DNA of 51,612 nt from assembly GCA_000182565.2 (NCBI GenBank), contig KQ257450.1, one strand, 5' to 3'. Positions 36,539 to 49,732 of the stretch are shown piece after piece. Position numbers and translations under genes: made by a program. How positions within the stretch are numbered: position 1 is the first letter of the stretch; every line of letters starts with the position of its first letter. Under the pieces are notes generated by a model, which worked only from the letters and a program-made list of their open reading frames with translations, searched no databases and was not told the DNA's origin. This stretch comes from Spizellomyces punctatus DAOM BR117. Taxonomy: Eukaryota.

Positions 36539-37357
36539 GTATGACAAAAATCATTGGAAAAAAGAACGTAAAGTAGGTTGGAAACAGGGACATATCACGG
36601 GGGGACTGTCTGCCGATTCTCATGTACTCGACGGAAGAGGGTGTCAGTAGAGATAATATGATGTTAGTCGATTCATTCATCAAGTAGACACAGTTTGAAA
36701 TCTTGTATTCTTTGACTGTGGTCCAATATCGGAGCTGCTGCCCAACCAGGCAACGTCGGCTTATGAACGAGCGCCTATTGGATAAAATAAATACAGGCAG
36801 GACAAAATGGAATCAAGAAAGAGAGGGCGTTTTGTTGAGTGGTCTCTGCCAGGTTCGAACTGGCGACCTTCAGTGTGTTAGACTGATGTGATAACCAACT
36901 ACACCAAGAGACCTCTGTGAGGATGTGTGCGCATGGGGATATTTATAGACTAGGCGATGGAATGTGCAGTTCATCCAAAAGTTCGACCAGATTCTCCTCG
37001 TTGTGTCTTTTACTTACCGAAAGGTGCCCAACATGGCAGTGCTGAACGCATGGTGCATGTAAATAAACGATGAAAAAGTTAAATGGCTGATCATTAAAAT
37101 GACACCAGGCGCCTTTTAGTGACACAAGAATTTTGGCCAGATTTTGCTGCTAATGTCGTGTCTGCATTCTGAACGCTCGGCAACAATTATACTGCGACTT
37201 GTTTAGCTAGAGGCTGCCAAATTGTCAAGTTACGAAAACCCCCCTTAGCGTGCCTAGAACGTTTGAGTGTTGGGAAGGGTGTTGCACTCGCGAACAAACC
37301 TGGAAGGGATTCACAGAGCCGACCGCTCACCACTCCGAGAGATTCTGTCTTTGAAGA

Positions 37358-40300
37358 ATGGTGTCGTCCAGTGCTGAAGCTCCAAAGTTTACTGTCCGGT
37401 AAGCTTCAACTCCTGGCAACCGGGTTGACCAATTATATGTTCTATTAACCCATTATTGCCAAACCGCAGCTGGTTTCATGCTGTTGACGTACCCAAGCAC
37501 GATTCTAGTCCTTTCAAGGTTGTCAGTACTACAACCGCTCAAAAACCTCCTTCTTCATGGTAGTTTGGTGCTCGTGATGTTGCTTAGTCTTGAAGGACTA
37601 CTTTTAACTTCGTTATTTGGTAGGAAACCCTTTTCCGAGAGAGACTCTGCAGATTTAGAAGCGACATGGCGGCGACTACAGAAGAGTATTGAGAAGCGCA
37701 AGAGTGACGGGGATCCAAGTACCGCGGAGATTCAAGTTGATAGCAAAGTTCCCGTCAATGAAGACCATCTATTCGAGGCCGATGTTGAGAAGATGGAGAC
37801 TTATCCCGGTAGAGTTCCGCCCTCTGTAATGGCGTAGTAGAACGCTCTCTTACTGGAATTTTCATAGTGTATTGGCATGGGCCAACGTACGATATTCGGA
37901 GAGGGACATGGTTCTATGCAGCGTTTGGAGGAAATTACCTACCCTGTGACGAAAATCTATCTCGACAGATAGAAGACGGTTATCGGTATGCCCAATCATT
38001 TAAGAAGGGACGTGTGTGGTTCAGCTCTAAATCGTCTGCCATTAACTGTGCAGCAAGTTTCAACCATGGAAGACCGCTCCCCAGCAATCCACCGGAGTTC
38101 CAAAATCCATTTCATCCTCGACCCCGAATACTTCCGAAACAACAGAACATGGGAGTAAGAATTTTCATGATCAGAAAGAACAGGTGGGTCAAGCTTACCA
38201 TGTTGGCAGCATTCTCCATTCTAATAAGTGCGTTTGCCCTACTCAGCGTTGGGCACTTTTTGGTCCATATATGAATCAGTACGTCGTGTACCAAGGACCT
38301 CATATTGCATTCCAGTTTTCGGATCTTCTAAGCAGTAAAATCGGCCGCGCGGTTATGAATATTGGTGGAACGCGCTTGATTCGTGGATGGGACGAGGTAG
38401 AGCGGCTGAAAAAGACGAAAGCGCAGGTTGCGAAAGAAAAAGAGAAAGAGAAAGAAACATCAAAGGATAAGACCGGCGAAGAGCTGAAAGATGATACCAC
38501 GGATGTGCAAACGGATCCTCTGCAAAAAGCTGGAGATAAGGTCTCCATCGCGTCTCTAATTGCCGAGATGACCCCGGCTACCTCATCTACAAATACAATC
38601 ACGCCAGACCAGGCCGAAAAACTTCAGGAGAAGACTGAAGCTGAGGATTATAGCGAATCTGATGATAGCGACCGAACTATAAATCACTTGGTTCTGGTCA
38701 TTCATGGGTATGGTTTTTTTGGGTTAGGTCTCGTAGCACCACCATCTGACTCTTTCGATCACTCTTTAAGAATTGGGCAAAAACTTGGAGAGAGGGTAGA
38801 AGCCGTTAATTTCATACATGGTATGGGTATGAGTGGCAGCTTGCATTCCCACAAATTGCCTAAATATTGGATGTCGTGTAGATTGCAACATACTTCGACG
38901 AACCATCAAGGAATCTTCTCGACAGTATGCTACTGCAAAGGACCAGTTGCGATCGAGCCGAAAGGCGGGGCTAATCAGTATGCCTGATGACGGAGGAGTT
39001 CAGATCTTGCCTGTACAATGGCGTCAGAAGATACAATTTGGCATGTCACGGAAGATGAAGGCTGCGGGAACGAATGATGCTGAAGCGAATGAGCAATTCG
39101 AGACAGAGACGACATTGGAAGACATCACGTTAGAGGGCGTACCCAGTATTCGGCAATTGGTGTCAGATGTGGTCTTAGATGGTGAGATTGTTGTACTTTC
39201 TTGAAACATTCGCCCCAGTCTATAACCCAAGCAAAATTCGCCTACCCAGTCCTTCTCTACATGACCCCTCGATATCGGCAGGAAATGATCAAGCATGTGA
39301 CAGAGGAGCTCAACCGAATATATCAACTTTTCAAAGAACGAAATCCAAAATTCAACGGAAAGGTGTCAATCTTTGGTCATTCACTGGGCAGTCTACTGGC
39401 ATTCGATATTCTCTGCAATCAACCTTTCAAACGCAGCGGGATACCTGTTGTGGATTTGCAACCACCAACACCTGGAGGAATCAAACGACCTGCCGAAGTA
39501 GATTTGACGGACTTACTACACGGCGCAATGAGCGCGGAAGATCGCAGAGTTAAAGGCTTAATGGAGAGAACAAATATGAGATACGATCAGCTAGAGTTCG
39601 AGGTTGATAAATTATTTGGTAATGATATGACTTATTGCAGTCGAATTAGAACTCGTCTAATGCAGCTTACGTTTGACGTAGTTGTCGGATCGCCCGTTGG
39701 ATTATTCCTCTTGCTTAAGGGTGACAAGCTTCAGGCACGTACACCCGATATGGCTCCCCCTCCATCAGAAGGTGATCAGGTGGAAGGTGTCTCATACCCT
39801 GCGGTCAACGCAATCTACAATATTTTTCATCCACACGGTACGTCCTTGTCTTGATGTAGATCTGTGTTCAAAAGTTCATCTGCCGGCTTATTGACAGATC
39901 CCGTTGCGTATCGGATTGAACCCATCATCAAACGAGAATTCGCCGAGATCAAGCCGGTGCCGATTCCATATACCAAAGGGGGACTAAAGGTAGTCATTGA
40001 ATATGTTAATCCTGCCGACAAAGGTCTCCCGAAATTAACTCTGCGCCGTGTGCCATGTGCTGTGTTATAGGGTACCATTGTAGGCATTCAGGATCTTGGG
40101 AATGATATCGCGGATAGAGGCCGAAGCATGTTAGAAGCAGCAAAACTGGGGATTGTATCCACCACAGCAGTCGTTACCAGTGGTTTAACGTCTAGCGTCG
40201 GGAAAGTAGTGACCATGGTAAGCGCGATCAACGCATTTAAGCCAACGGGGCAGACATCGCCCCATACGGAAGGAAAACTTGACGACGAGGGCCACGAGGG

Positions 40301-40934
40301 TCTTCCAACCGTTCTTGTTGGGGATGACGGAAATGTTGGTACAAAAGGCGATACCCGCGCCCGCGACACAAGGACAGAACACCATGAGAGCGAGGTGGAG
40401 ATGCAGGAGATTGTACGGTCCGGACCTGAAGTCACTGGCGTGGAGCGGCTAAATCCTCGAGGGAGGATTGACTATGTCCTTCAGGAAGGCATGTTGGAGA
40501 ATCCTTACATATCCGCCCTCGGTGTTCACATGAACTATTGGAGCGATCCAGACTGTGCACTGTTCGTCCTGCGTGAATTGTATGGAGAAACGACTGGGGA
40601 TAGTAATCGATTGAGCGGGAGTTGGTCGAACCTGACAGGCGGACGCCGGGGGAGTGGCGGTGAAGGTGGCGGGGAAAAGCCTCATGGAACCGGTGAGGGA
40701 GACTCACACGCCGGAAGGGAACCTCATGGTGGTGCAAGCGGCAGCGGCAACACCAAATCAAACAAGTCGGGCGGATTTAGTGCGTTTGTACGAGGAACTA
40801 CAAAGCGAGTGAGCCAAATGGCGCCCGATGATCTCTCGGTGTTTGGGAAGGGCAAGCCATGGGACATGTCTATTCCGGTGGTTTTTCCCAATACTCAAGG
40901 GTCACCGACCCTGGATGCCTTTTCAATATTGTAA
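37358..40934 (+). CDS. DDHD-domain intracellular phospholipase A1 (DDL1/DDHD2-like)
   Basis: WFHAVDVP, VPVNEDHLFEAD, IRRGTWF, HLVLVIHGIG, the lipase motif GHSLG, VGSPVGLF, YNIFHPHDPVAYRIEP, GRIDYVLQ and HMNYW; multi-exon. Confidence 0.93.
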
Positions 40935-41560
40935 GTTGGCGTGCGTGTGCTTGTAGAGATGAGTACGATAATTAAACCTAAATTTTTCGGCTGTTCCTTT
41001 TTCTTGACGCATTTTATAGACACATTGTCGTCTCCATTATTACCAACATTGTTCTCACCGGCATACGAATCGTGTCGCTACTCGTTTTTCCGCTATATGG
41101 GCATAGACCGTCATAGATGCTCAACTCAGCATCCACCTCTCCGCCGCCCACGTGTACAGATATGACTTTAACTTTCATATTCTTTTACGTTTAGTACCTC
41201 ATATGTTTATATTACGTTGTCTTTTTATTGTACATGACGTTTTCCAACTTATCTCAACTTATGATACTGAGAACGCTAAAAACAAGTTAATACATTTAAT
41301 TCTAGTGAATTTTACAATTTAGACTTTGTACAAGTAATTAGCAATTGCATTCATTTAATCAACAACCTTTCTACTGAGTGACAATATACACAAAACTCAA
41401 TAAACAACCTAATGAAACAAACCATCCTACACTTTTGATCACCCCCCCTCCTCATACACAATTCAAACCTCAGCGAAACCAAATTATAAATATGCTACAT
41501 CTGTACAAGGGTATCCTCGCCATTCCCGACCCGCCCGTGTTTTGCAGGCTGAAATCGCCG

Positions 41561-44167
41561 CTAGCCTACCATTCCACCCACACTAGTCCCGCCTTGTGGC
41601 ACTCCGGTCTTTAAACCAAACTCTTGCACAATTTCCCGAACTTCACGCTCGTCCAGTTCAGCCAGAATGCTGCGGAGTAATTCCAAGTTGGCCCGATTTC
41701 CCTTGCCAAGGTTTGCGGCTGCTAGTACTGACGGTGGTACGTGCGTTGGCATAGCCGGAAGATCCGGTACTATGAAAGGCACAGAATCTTCGCTACTTTT
41801 ACTGGGCAAGTCTTGTTGCGAAAACTTCACCTCTAGGCTTTCATCTTGCGCGCTTCTGGGGATGGGTGTCGGTCCAGCATAGTGTGATGGCGAAAGGGGG
41901 CCGCAAGTAGACTGCGAAGCACCCGGCAGGTCGCCCTGGTTGCATGGGATTTCCGTCAAAGTCGCACTTGAGACGTTTCTCGAATCATTGCCACTGGCCT
42001 CTGTTAGGCAACTCATGCTCTTCGATCTCACTATTCCCGAATTCAATGATCGCATGCTGCCAGTTTTGCAGGATTCGTTTAGATTTGAGGCCTGGTCATC
42101 CTCACTTGCAGGATCTGACTCAAAACTGTACATTTCCAGCTGATCCAACAACATTTGCAAATTTTGCTGAGATCGCTGTAACCTTTTAGGAGTGCTGGCG
42201 GCAGATGGGGTTGGAGCAGGGGTAGGTACAGGAGTTGATGATCTAGAACTGATATCAGAGTGGGTCTTGATAATTCCATCTGACAAGGAAACGGGTGCAG
42301 GTGCAGGAACTGGAATGGGTGCAGCAAAGATGCCTCCATTTAAAAGTCCTTGTTGTGCTTGCTGTTGTTGTTGCTGTTGTTGTTGCGCCAGACGGGAAAT
42401 GTCCTCCGAGGAACGATATCGTCGCATAGCAGCCTGGCGAGACTGCGCTGCTGCGGTTTGACTTGATGTCATCAGTGGTGGTTGTTCTTGTTTGTCCCAA
42501 GGCCCACTTTCAAGCTCTCGAACGTCAATCCGGCTATCCGCAGTTGAAATCATCGATGTACGGGAAGCAGCATATACGTCTGAATAACCACTTGCAACGG
42601 TGGACAGCGTGGGAGCAGTGGACCCCAAACTGTGTTTGCGTGCACTCATGTCGGGAATGTAGATTCCCGAATCTTGCTGAGGCTTACAGGAGGACGACGA
42701 CGAGGTACTGGATGCCGATGACCCTTGGCGTGGAGCAAGCGATTCTGAGCGAGCCGGAATGGCGGATACCGGGAGGATTGGGCCCGGTGATGATGGTCGC
42801 GACCCACTACTCCCGCTACTCGTGACTAGAGATCGAATGACATGCCTAGATTCGTCCGGCAAAGCGGACGCGTACGCTGGGCTACGTTGAAAGGCTCGCC
42901 AAGCTCGGAAGACCATGTCTCTTCTGAAGCGGATACTGTCGGGCCGTGGCGGTGGCAGAGGGTTCAAAGCGGGCGCGTGTGACGAAGAGGAGCTATCGGC
43001 CCGCGGGCGACCCGCCATTCCGTCGGTCACACTGTTCGTTGGCGCACTGGCAATTGCATTCGCATCACTTGTAGAGGTGGTAGACATATCAGTGCATATT
43101 GAATCGCGATTCGGATCCAGCATGGTGACGCCATCCTGAGTTCTCGATACTGCACCATAAACTCGTTCGACCGCCGCACCAGTGGATTGGGTGGACACTT
43201 GGGAGTGTCTGGTTGCCCCGCTTTCACTGCCGGCATCGGATCCTACGACAGAGGCGTTGGACGGACGGCGGATATTGCGATACAGAGGCGAGAGCAGTCC
43301 TGCTCCATCAGCCCTGGCCGCTAGACCGGCCGTAACCATAGAGCGCGATTGTTCCTGCGCGATTAATATCAATTGCCTGAAACAGTGGGCTACTGATTGC
43401 GGCGCCATGACTGTCGTCTCAGTGAAAGGTAGGCGCAAGAGATTGGCAAAGGACTGTCCCATGTCTCTAGTGACTTGACGTGGCCGCTTGTCGAGTAAAT
43501 GTACGGTCGGATCCGACGTAACGTTATCGACCATATTTCCCAGCATCATGATGGGGACGTCATGTGGTCGAGCCCATTTCGTTTCCACAATTAGTCGGTA
43601 AAAGCCCCACATTGCCTCAAACGACTGTCGACTTCCGACATCATATACTAGCATAAATGCATCGGCAGCGGCAATGGCGGACGCCCATATGGTCCCATAG
43701 AACGGGTGCCCGCCCACGTCGCTAAGGGTAAGTACGATGCGCTGCCCAGTTCGTTTCTGCCACAGATCTTCTTCCGTTATGACAGGTGTCTCATCCGATA
43801 CATCATCACTCAAAGTACTCGCGGATGATGAGCTGTCCGCAGGTGACATAGGACTGACTCCTGCATTGGTCGAAGAGGACGGAAGGATGTACTGGACCGT
43901 GTCGGACGATTCTATCGTTGGGTCGTATGAGCCTTGCCAGGGCCCTCGCGTTCGGACACGATTCGGACCACGGGCAGATCCATTCAGGAAGGCAGTTCGC
44001 AATGATGTTTTCCCCACATGTGCCGGTCCTAAAAGAAGGACGTTCAAATGGGTAATATTTCCCGCTTCATCCAGTAGCAGCATCGCGTGCCTGGCGAGAT
44101 GCGAGAAAACAGCCCTAGAGACTTCCATGTTAGGGAGCAGTTCTGCAGCATTTTGGCGCCAAAACAT
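41561..44167 (-). CDS. Atypical Ras-superfamily GTPase with a long low-complexity C-terminal extension (start uncertain; an upstream exon is possible)
   Basis: G1 GPAHVGKT, G2 YDPTIE, G3 DVGG, DAFMLVYDV, G4-like NMVD and G5-like ETTV. About 590-aa S/P-rich tail with polyQ. A TTTCAG acceptor lies just upstream, in frame. Confidence 0.8.
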   Translation of the reverse strand: MFWRQNAAELLPNMEVSRAVFSHLARHAMLLLDEAGNITHLNVLLLGPAHVGKTSLRTAFLNGSARGPNRVRTRGPWQGSYDPTIESSDTVQYILPSSSTNAGVSPMSPADSSSSASTLSDDVSDETPVITEEDLWQKRTGQRIVLTLSDVGGHPFYGTIWASAIAAADAFMLVYDVGSRQSFEAMWGFYRLIVETKWARPHDVPIMMLGNMVDNVTSDPTVHLLDKRPRQVTRDMGQSFANLLRLPFTETTVMAPQSVAHCFRQLILIAQEQSRSMVTAGLAARADGAGLLSPLYRNIRRPSNASVVGSDAGSESGATRHSQVSTQSTGAAVERVYGAVSRTQDGVTMLDPNRDSICTDMSTTSTSDANAIASAPTNSVTDGMAGRPRADSSSSSHAPALNPLPPPRPDSIRFRRDMVFRAWRAFQRSPAYASALPDESRHVIRSLVTSSGSSGSRPSSPGPILPVSAIPARSESLAPRQGSSASSTSSSSSCKPQQDSGIYIPDMSARKHSLGSTAPTLSTVASGYSDVYAASRTSMISTADSRIDVRELESGPWDKQEQPPLMTSSQTAAAQSRQAAMRRYRSSEDISRLAQQQQQQQQQAQQGLLNGGIFAAPIPVPAPAPVSLSDGIIKTHSDISSRSSTPVPTPAPTPSAASTPKRLQRSQQNLQMLLDQLEMYSFESDPASEDDQASNLNESCKTGSMRSLNSGIVRSKSMSCLTEASGNDSRNVSSATLTEIPCNQGDLPGASQSTCGPLSPSHYAGPTPIPRSAQDESLEVKFSQQDLPSKSSEDSVPFIVPDLPAMPTHVPPSVLAAANLGKGNRANLELLRSILAELDEREVREIVQEFGLKTGVPQGGTSVGGMVG

Positions 44168-44731
44168 GATGAAATCACTAGCGCCTGAAATTGTTCAGAA
44201 ACATACCTTTTAAACTCCTGTCAAGCAGATTTGGCGTCCTGCGGCGGAATTTGCGATACAGGAGCGAAGCCTACTACTAGACAAGGGCTTAGTTATCATC
44301 GGCGTGTTAAGGCAGAGATCACGTCCGAACGCATGCATGCATGCCACATGAATGGTCAACAACCATGTGTTGAGCATTTGCATTCGTTGCATTCCAAACG
44401 TCAGTGGGGAATGCGACATTACCCAAACCATATGCCGATCTACGTCCAGCATTCAAGCTCTTTTAAACTTGCCACAGTCCCAGTTGAAGGTGGTCTTCCT
44501 CACGTCGTCTCCCCTTTAGCGCCCCTGGGTTTCCCACCCCCAACCCGCCTTTTTTTTTGTGACTTTTGCGACCGACATGAGCAACTTACCCAAGAGCAAG
44601 ACGCGTTCTCGTGTTGGGTATTCACTGGGTACACTGAGCAAGGTGGGAAAACTCTCCAAGAATGCAATGGCGACCAGTAGACCAGTATTACTTGTGAAAG
44701 AGCGCCGATTTCTCTTACCAACATGTTGCTT

Positions 44732-44870
44732 NNNNNNNNNNNNNNNNNNNNNNNNNNNNNNNNNNNNNNNNNNNNNNNNNNNNNNNNNNNNNNNNNNNNN
44801 NNNNNNNNNNNNNNNNNNNNNNNNNNNNNNNNNNNNNNNNNNNNNNNNNNNNNNNNNNNNNNNNNNNNNN
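44732..44870. other. Assembly gap (N run) abutting a (GGA)n microsatellite at 44871-44888
   Basis: Run of N followed by ggaggaggaggaggagga. Confidence 1.
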
Positions 44871-45487
44871 GGAGGAGGAGGAGGAGGAAGGACAGTTTGC
44901 AAAAGGGACAAGGAGATGAAAGGGGAACAGAAAGTAATGAAATCGCGTCTTTTGAACAAAGGGGGGTTCTTAACCACACCATTAGAACAAAGGGGGGAAG
45001 ACAAACCAACGGGGAATAATATTGCTCCTTTTGTCTCCTTCCTTCCTCCTACTGCTTTTCTTTTCATACTACAAGAAGGATCCATCAACGATCCGCCGGC
45101 CGTGGTCGTCAAGCGGTTACGGATGCGCCCAACATATACGCGTTACTCTCCCAACAATGCGGCCAAACCAGTCGGCGACGATCACTCCAGTTGCACCCCG
45201 TGGACCCCATCCAAAAAGGTAACATCCTTGGTGCTTTCTCGTCCATGATTGTTTAGAGTTTTAATAGAAAATAAAAAACGATTTTTCAAGCCACAAAGAT
45301 CCGCCATGATCGCGTGCAGCGTTCCATTGCTGCATGCACCATCTACTTGGAAATCAAAATAACACAGTTTGTAGCAGCATTAGCATTTGTTGTCATTGCA
45401 TTGTTGGGTTTGCCCTCAGAGCCAGTTTTTGTCCATTTGTAAAAACCAAAGCCCCCAAAAAAAATCTAAACATAAAATATTCAACAA

Positions 45488-48400
45488 CTACCTTCGCCGC
45501 TCCCTTTCAAGGGCTGCGACGGCTTCCCTGACGCTTCCCTTCCTAACCGGCATCTCTCCATCAGTAATAACTGGTCTGATGGGTCTCCCTTGTGAGGCAA
45601 GCGGTGTTTTAATGTGGGCAGTTTGGAGAGGTGGTTTGGGCGGTCGGGGAGCATAGGTAGGGGGCAAAGCCATGGATGGGGATAAACCAGATCTAATATT
45701 ACCATGTGTCGCCCGCGGGATATACTGACTCGCAGATGAAGAAGTCGAGGTCGAGACCGTGGAAGGGCGACCGGTGCCGTACTTGCGGCCCATCGAAAGT
45801 GTTCCCTCTCGTCTAACAAGATTCGAGGTGATGTGATGTGACAGTGGCTTGGGTGGTGAAGGTGTCAGAGGTGAATGCGTATATGTCGCTGTCGGCGTTG
45901 TCATGGGCGATGTGTCTGCTGATGCCCCACTGGAACTTGTATCCCCATCTCCCTGCAGGAACTTGAGATCTATGGGTGTGGCCTCAGATCTTGCCACGGA
46001 CGGTCGTCTACTCCGTTGTATACGGGATCGGGTCGGGGTTGTGCTTGAGGGCTCGTCGGATGGCGGGGTTGGCAAGAGACTTACAGATGTAACAATCTGA
46101 AGAGGTGGGGGTTTCTTGGGTGATGAATCAGGTGAAGGGGATGTTATTGAATGACCTCGCATACGCGTCAGTGTTGCTGGTGAGGCCTGAGTGGCGATGC
46201 TAGTGACAATCGAGAGTGATTCGCTGGACTTGACCGCCGCTGGTGTTATACTTGTGTGGGATGTTGGTGCTGGCAATGGAATATGCGGTGCTGGTGGTGC
46301 TGGTGGTGGTCGAGCGGCTGCTGAAGATAATGCTGATGGTATTGGTATCTCAGGCTGAACACATGGCTCAATGTCCGTTTTCGAGCTTGACCCGAGCGAT
46401 GTGACCGTTCTTGTCGCTATCGAGTCATTCAATGTGTCTGGATCTAATGGTCGTACGCTCGCCGCGGTGGCACGCGTAGGGGGCAAGGACGGCGGGGAGA
46501 CCCGGCGAGGCAGCAGCGATGGGGCCACGTCTGCCAATTCTGAGTGGGATGTCCTATTTGGGGTGGAAGGTGGTGACGTTATTGATTTCGCGGCCGGTAT
46601 CGAGGCTGATAGGTCGGAGGTGCTGCGTCGCACGAAAGTAGGAACGGGAAGCATTGAGACTGGCAAACTATCTATGCTTCCATGTCGCGATGAGCGTGGC
46701 GACGTAAGGCGGTTTGTGGGCTCCGGTGGCCTCTCTTGTGTGCTTGATATGCGCAACGGTGTGGTTGGTTGACTGACTGCCGTTTTGAGTTGGTCTAAAT
46801 CGCGCTCTGTATTTCTGGTATCGGCAATTCCATTTCGTTCCGATAGAGAGACCAAAGTGATAGGCATGTCTTTGGTCGCACTCTCAGATTTCCCTTCGAC
46901 AACGGCTGCTGGCACATCCGCGAGCGCGTCACCAACTTTACTAGGTGCAGATGAGATTTCATCCGCATTGCCAACGTCTGTTTCATGCGGAACTAATTGT
47001 TCCACGGGCTTGGGCACCTCCCCGCTTATGCTTGCTAGATTTGGCAAGCAACTTTCGTCCGTCTTGTGCGCTGCAATTTCCTCTATATTCTCATCAGCGT
47101 CTTCGGGTTCTATCTCATCGTTTGGCTCTCGAATTTCTACATCATCATCGTCCCCCAGGCTTTCATAGTATTCCTCGGGGGGTGGGAATCTTTCCTTGAG
47201 ATCTGCGCATCAAATCAAAACGCAAATTAGTGGGATGCTTTTGAGGCGAAGAAGGATTGCGATTATTCAACCATTACACAAATTACGTACCGCTGATGAT
47301 CTGCAGAATCTCGCCAGCTTTCTCTTCCAAAACAATATCTTCTGGCGCTTCTCCATCATTATTTATTGGTATCAATTCGATCGGCCCATCAGGTGGACAG
47401 AATACCCATTCATCATTTTCCATCCACTGTACTAATCCGACGTCCCTTGCTTTCCGCTTTCCACCTTTCTCGCTTCTCCCTTGGCACGCTCCCAGTAGCC
47501 GCACAACATCAACGTGCCCTTCTGCACAAGCGCAATGGAGGGGTGTCCAACCCTCCGTATCTCGCGTGTTAACCAAAGTCGATGTCTGTTCTAGTAATAG
47601 CGCAACGATTTCTGTTTGCCCATGGGTGCAGGCTTGGTGTAGTGGAGTCAAGCCCTTCTGGGGAGTGAAAAGGGTGTTGATATCGAACGTTTCATGTGAA
47701 ATGCATGACTTTACGGAATTAAGGTAGTTGGGGTCTTCAGAGGCACCGTATTGACATAGATGGAGCAACAGTGTGGGCGGGTCGAATCTTACAGATTTCT
47801 TCTGGACATTCCGCTCCTCAGGTCTAGTTCTCGGGAAGCTGGATTTGCGCGGCGTTGTTCTGGGTGACTTTTTAGAGGCAGAGGTACTAATATTTACCAG
47901 TGCCTCTTGGGTCATCTTGTCCACACCAACGACCACCACGTTGGCACCGGCCATTCCCTTCCCGAGCCCCAAAAGAGAGCTTGAGGATTTTATAGACGCT
48001 AATTTTTCTTCTGGCGATATTACAGCTGAGCTTGCTGCGATACTCTCCAAAATTGATTTGCCTTCATCCACTGATACACTTTTCGTATGTCGGCCAGATT
48101 CCTTGTCTTCCGCAAAGATCGGTAGACTGACTTGTTTGTCGAGCGGTGCTTGCTTTGTTCGTGCCAAGTTCTCCATAGAGGAGAATGTTGGTGGCGAATT
48201 ACTTATCACTACCGACATTGGTGGGGGTGGGGGTGCAACTGTAGATTAAAAAATGTAAGGCATATCATGGGCTACCATACAAAGTTCGCTGGAAAAAGAC
48301 ACTCATGCAGCGCACCTTCGTAATTATTCCCAAACATCTCTCTGGTAACATCGTCATCCGCACAATCCACTGGCATGTAATTTCTCTCATTCTTCTTCCG

Positions 48401-49159
48401 ACTTGCCGCTCCAAGTTCCAACAGTCTTTTCACTAGTTCGCTCATACCCTGAAATGACGCCAAGTGCAAGACAGTATTGCCATTGCCCCAGACCCGCCCC
48501 ATGAATTCATATAGAACTTTGCGCGACTCAATCTCTTCAGTTACGCGGGCAACAAATTCAAGAATGTCAAGAGCAATGTCCTCTTCGTTCAGAACACAGG
48601 CAATTTGAATAGCGTTAAGTTGGGAAATGCTGCGACAATTGGAAAAGAGTGTTTAGGCGATATCTTGCAATACGCGCCATAAATGGCACAGCAGCAGCTG
48701 GAGTATGCCAGTACGGGGTGTCAACAAACCTAGGTCCCAGCAATTCTGCTGCATCGTTCAGCACCTCTTCGTCAAGTTGATAGAAACCATCGGCGTTCGG
48801 ATATGTTGTTGTCAACAAGAGCTGAAGAACATCGGTAGGAGCCGGATAGTTGGCAAATAGATCCAGTAGGGTATCTCTGTCATCGTCATTGATTGCCGTA
48901 AATATTATACGCTTCAGTTCCGTATCCCGTTCCAAGGCACTGCCTGGAGAGCTCGCGCTGATAAGGAAGACGTGTTCAACATGCGATACCGTTAAGAGCA
49001 CGTACCTTGGAAGCCAGACCGGAGAGACAGTGAGTCACTACTACTATCTCTACTGTGCGTTGAAAATGGTGATGCTGGACGCTCGTAGGATGGGGACACT
49101 AGGGTCGGAACGGAAGAGGACAACCGCGTGGATACGCTTAGGGAGATAGGAGAAGCCAT
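45488..49159 (-). CDS. Ankyrin-repeat protein with an RVxF-like motif and a long Ser/Pro/Thr-rich tail (putative PP1 regulatory subunit)
   Basis: Ankyrin repeats GNTVLHLAS, GLTPLHQAC and GWTPLHCAC; KKSVRFD directly precedes the second ankyrin block; multi-exon from the ATG at 49159. Confidence 0.75.
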
Positions 49160-49732
49160 ATCTTAGGAAAGTCATATAGTCATAAAGAGCTTCGCGTGAA
49201 TAAAATGGCAGCAGGGAAATAGGCAGCAAGATATACAAAGGGCAACTAGGAAGAATTAACGGAAATAAGTTTGCAAAACCGTGTTGATCCTCCCCGGAAT
49301 GCACGTATTACGTAAGCTACCTTACGGCAGCAGATCCCGTACAAATACGCTAGTTCTAGGAGGATATCTTGAGCGCAGTCATTTAAACAGGGATATGACT
49401 ATCATCACGCTTCAGAATGCATGCAATTCAGTTAATCTCTTTGAAATTATGTAAATACCAATCAAGCCAGCTGTCCTGGGGAACCTTGGCCGGAATTTTC
49501 GGAAAGCTAAAGAAAAAAGTTGATCATGCATAGGGTCTTAATGTACAAGCATGCGCACTCTGTTGCTAAACGGTTCGTAAAACGTGGTAGGGCTGTATTC
49601 CGACACATGTAGTCGACAGCGCGGATCGGAGACCTCCGTTCGGCTAATCTGATGGAGAGGATCGCGTAAGCACTTGTGATTGGTGGCTTGGCGATTGCTT
49701 TCAAAGCGATCTTGCTAGAGATTCGTCTGAAC

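Noticed and set aside
42352-42384. CAA/CAG polyglutamine repeat
   Set aside because: An ordinary short coding microsatellite in a disordered tail.
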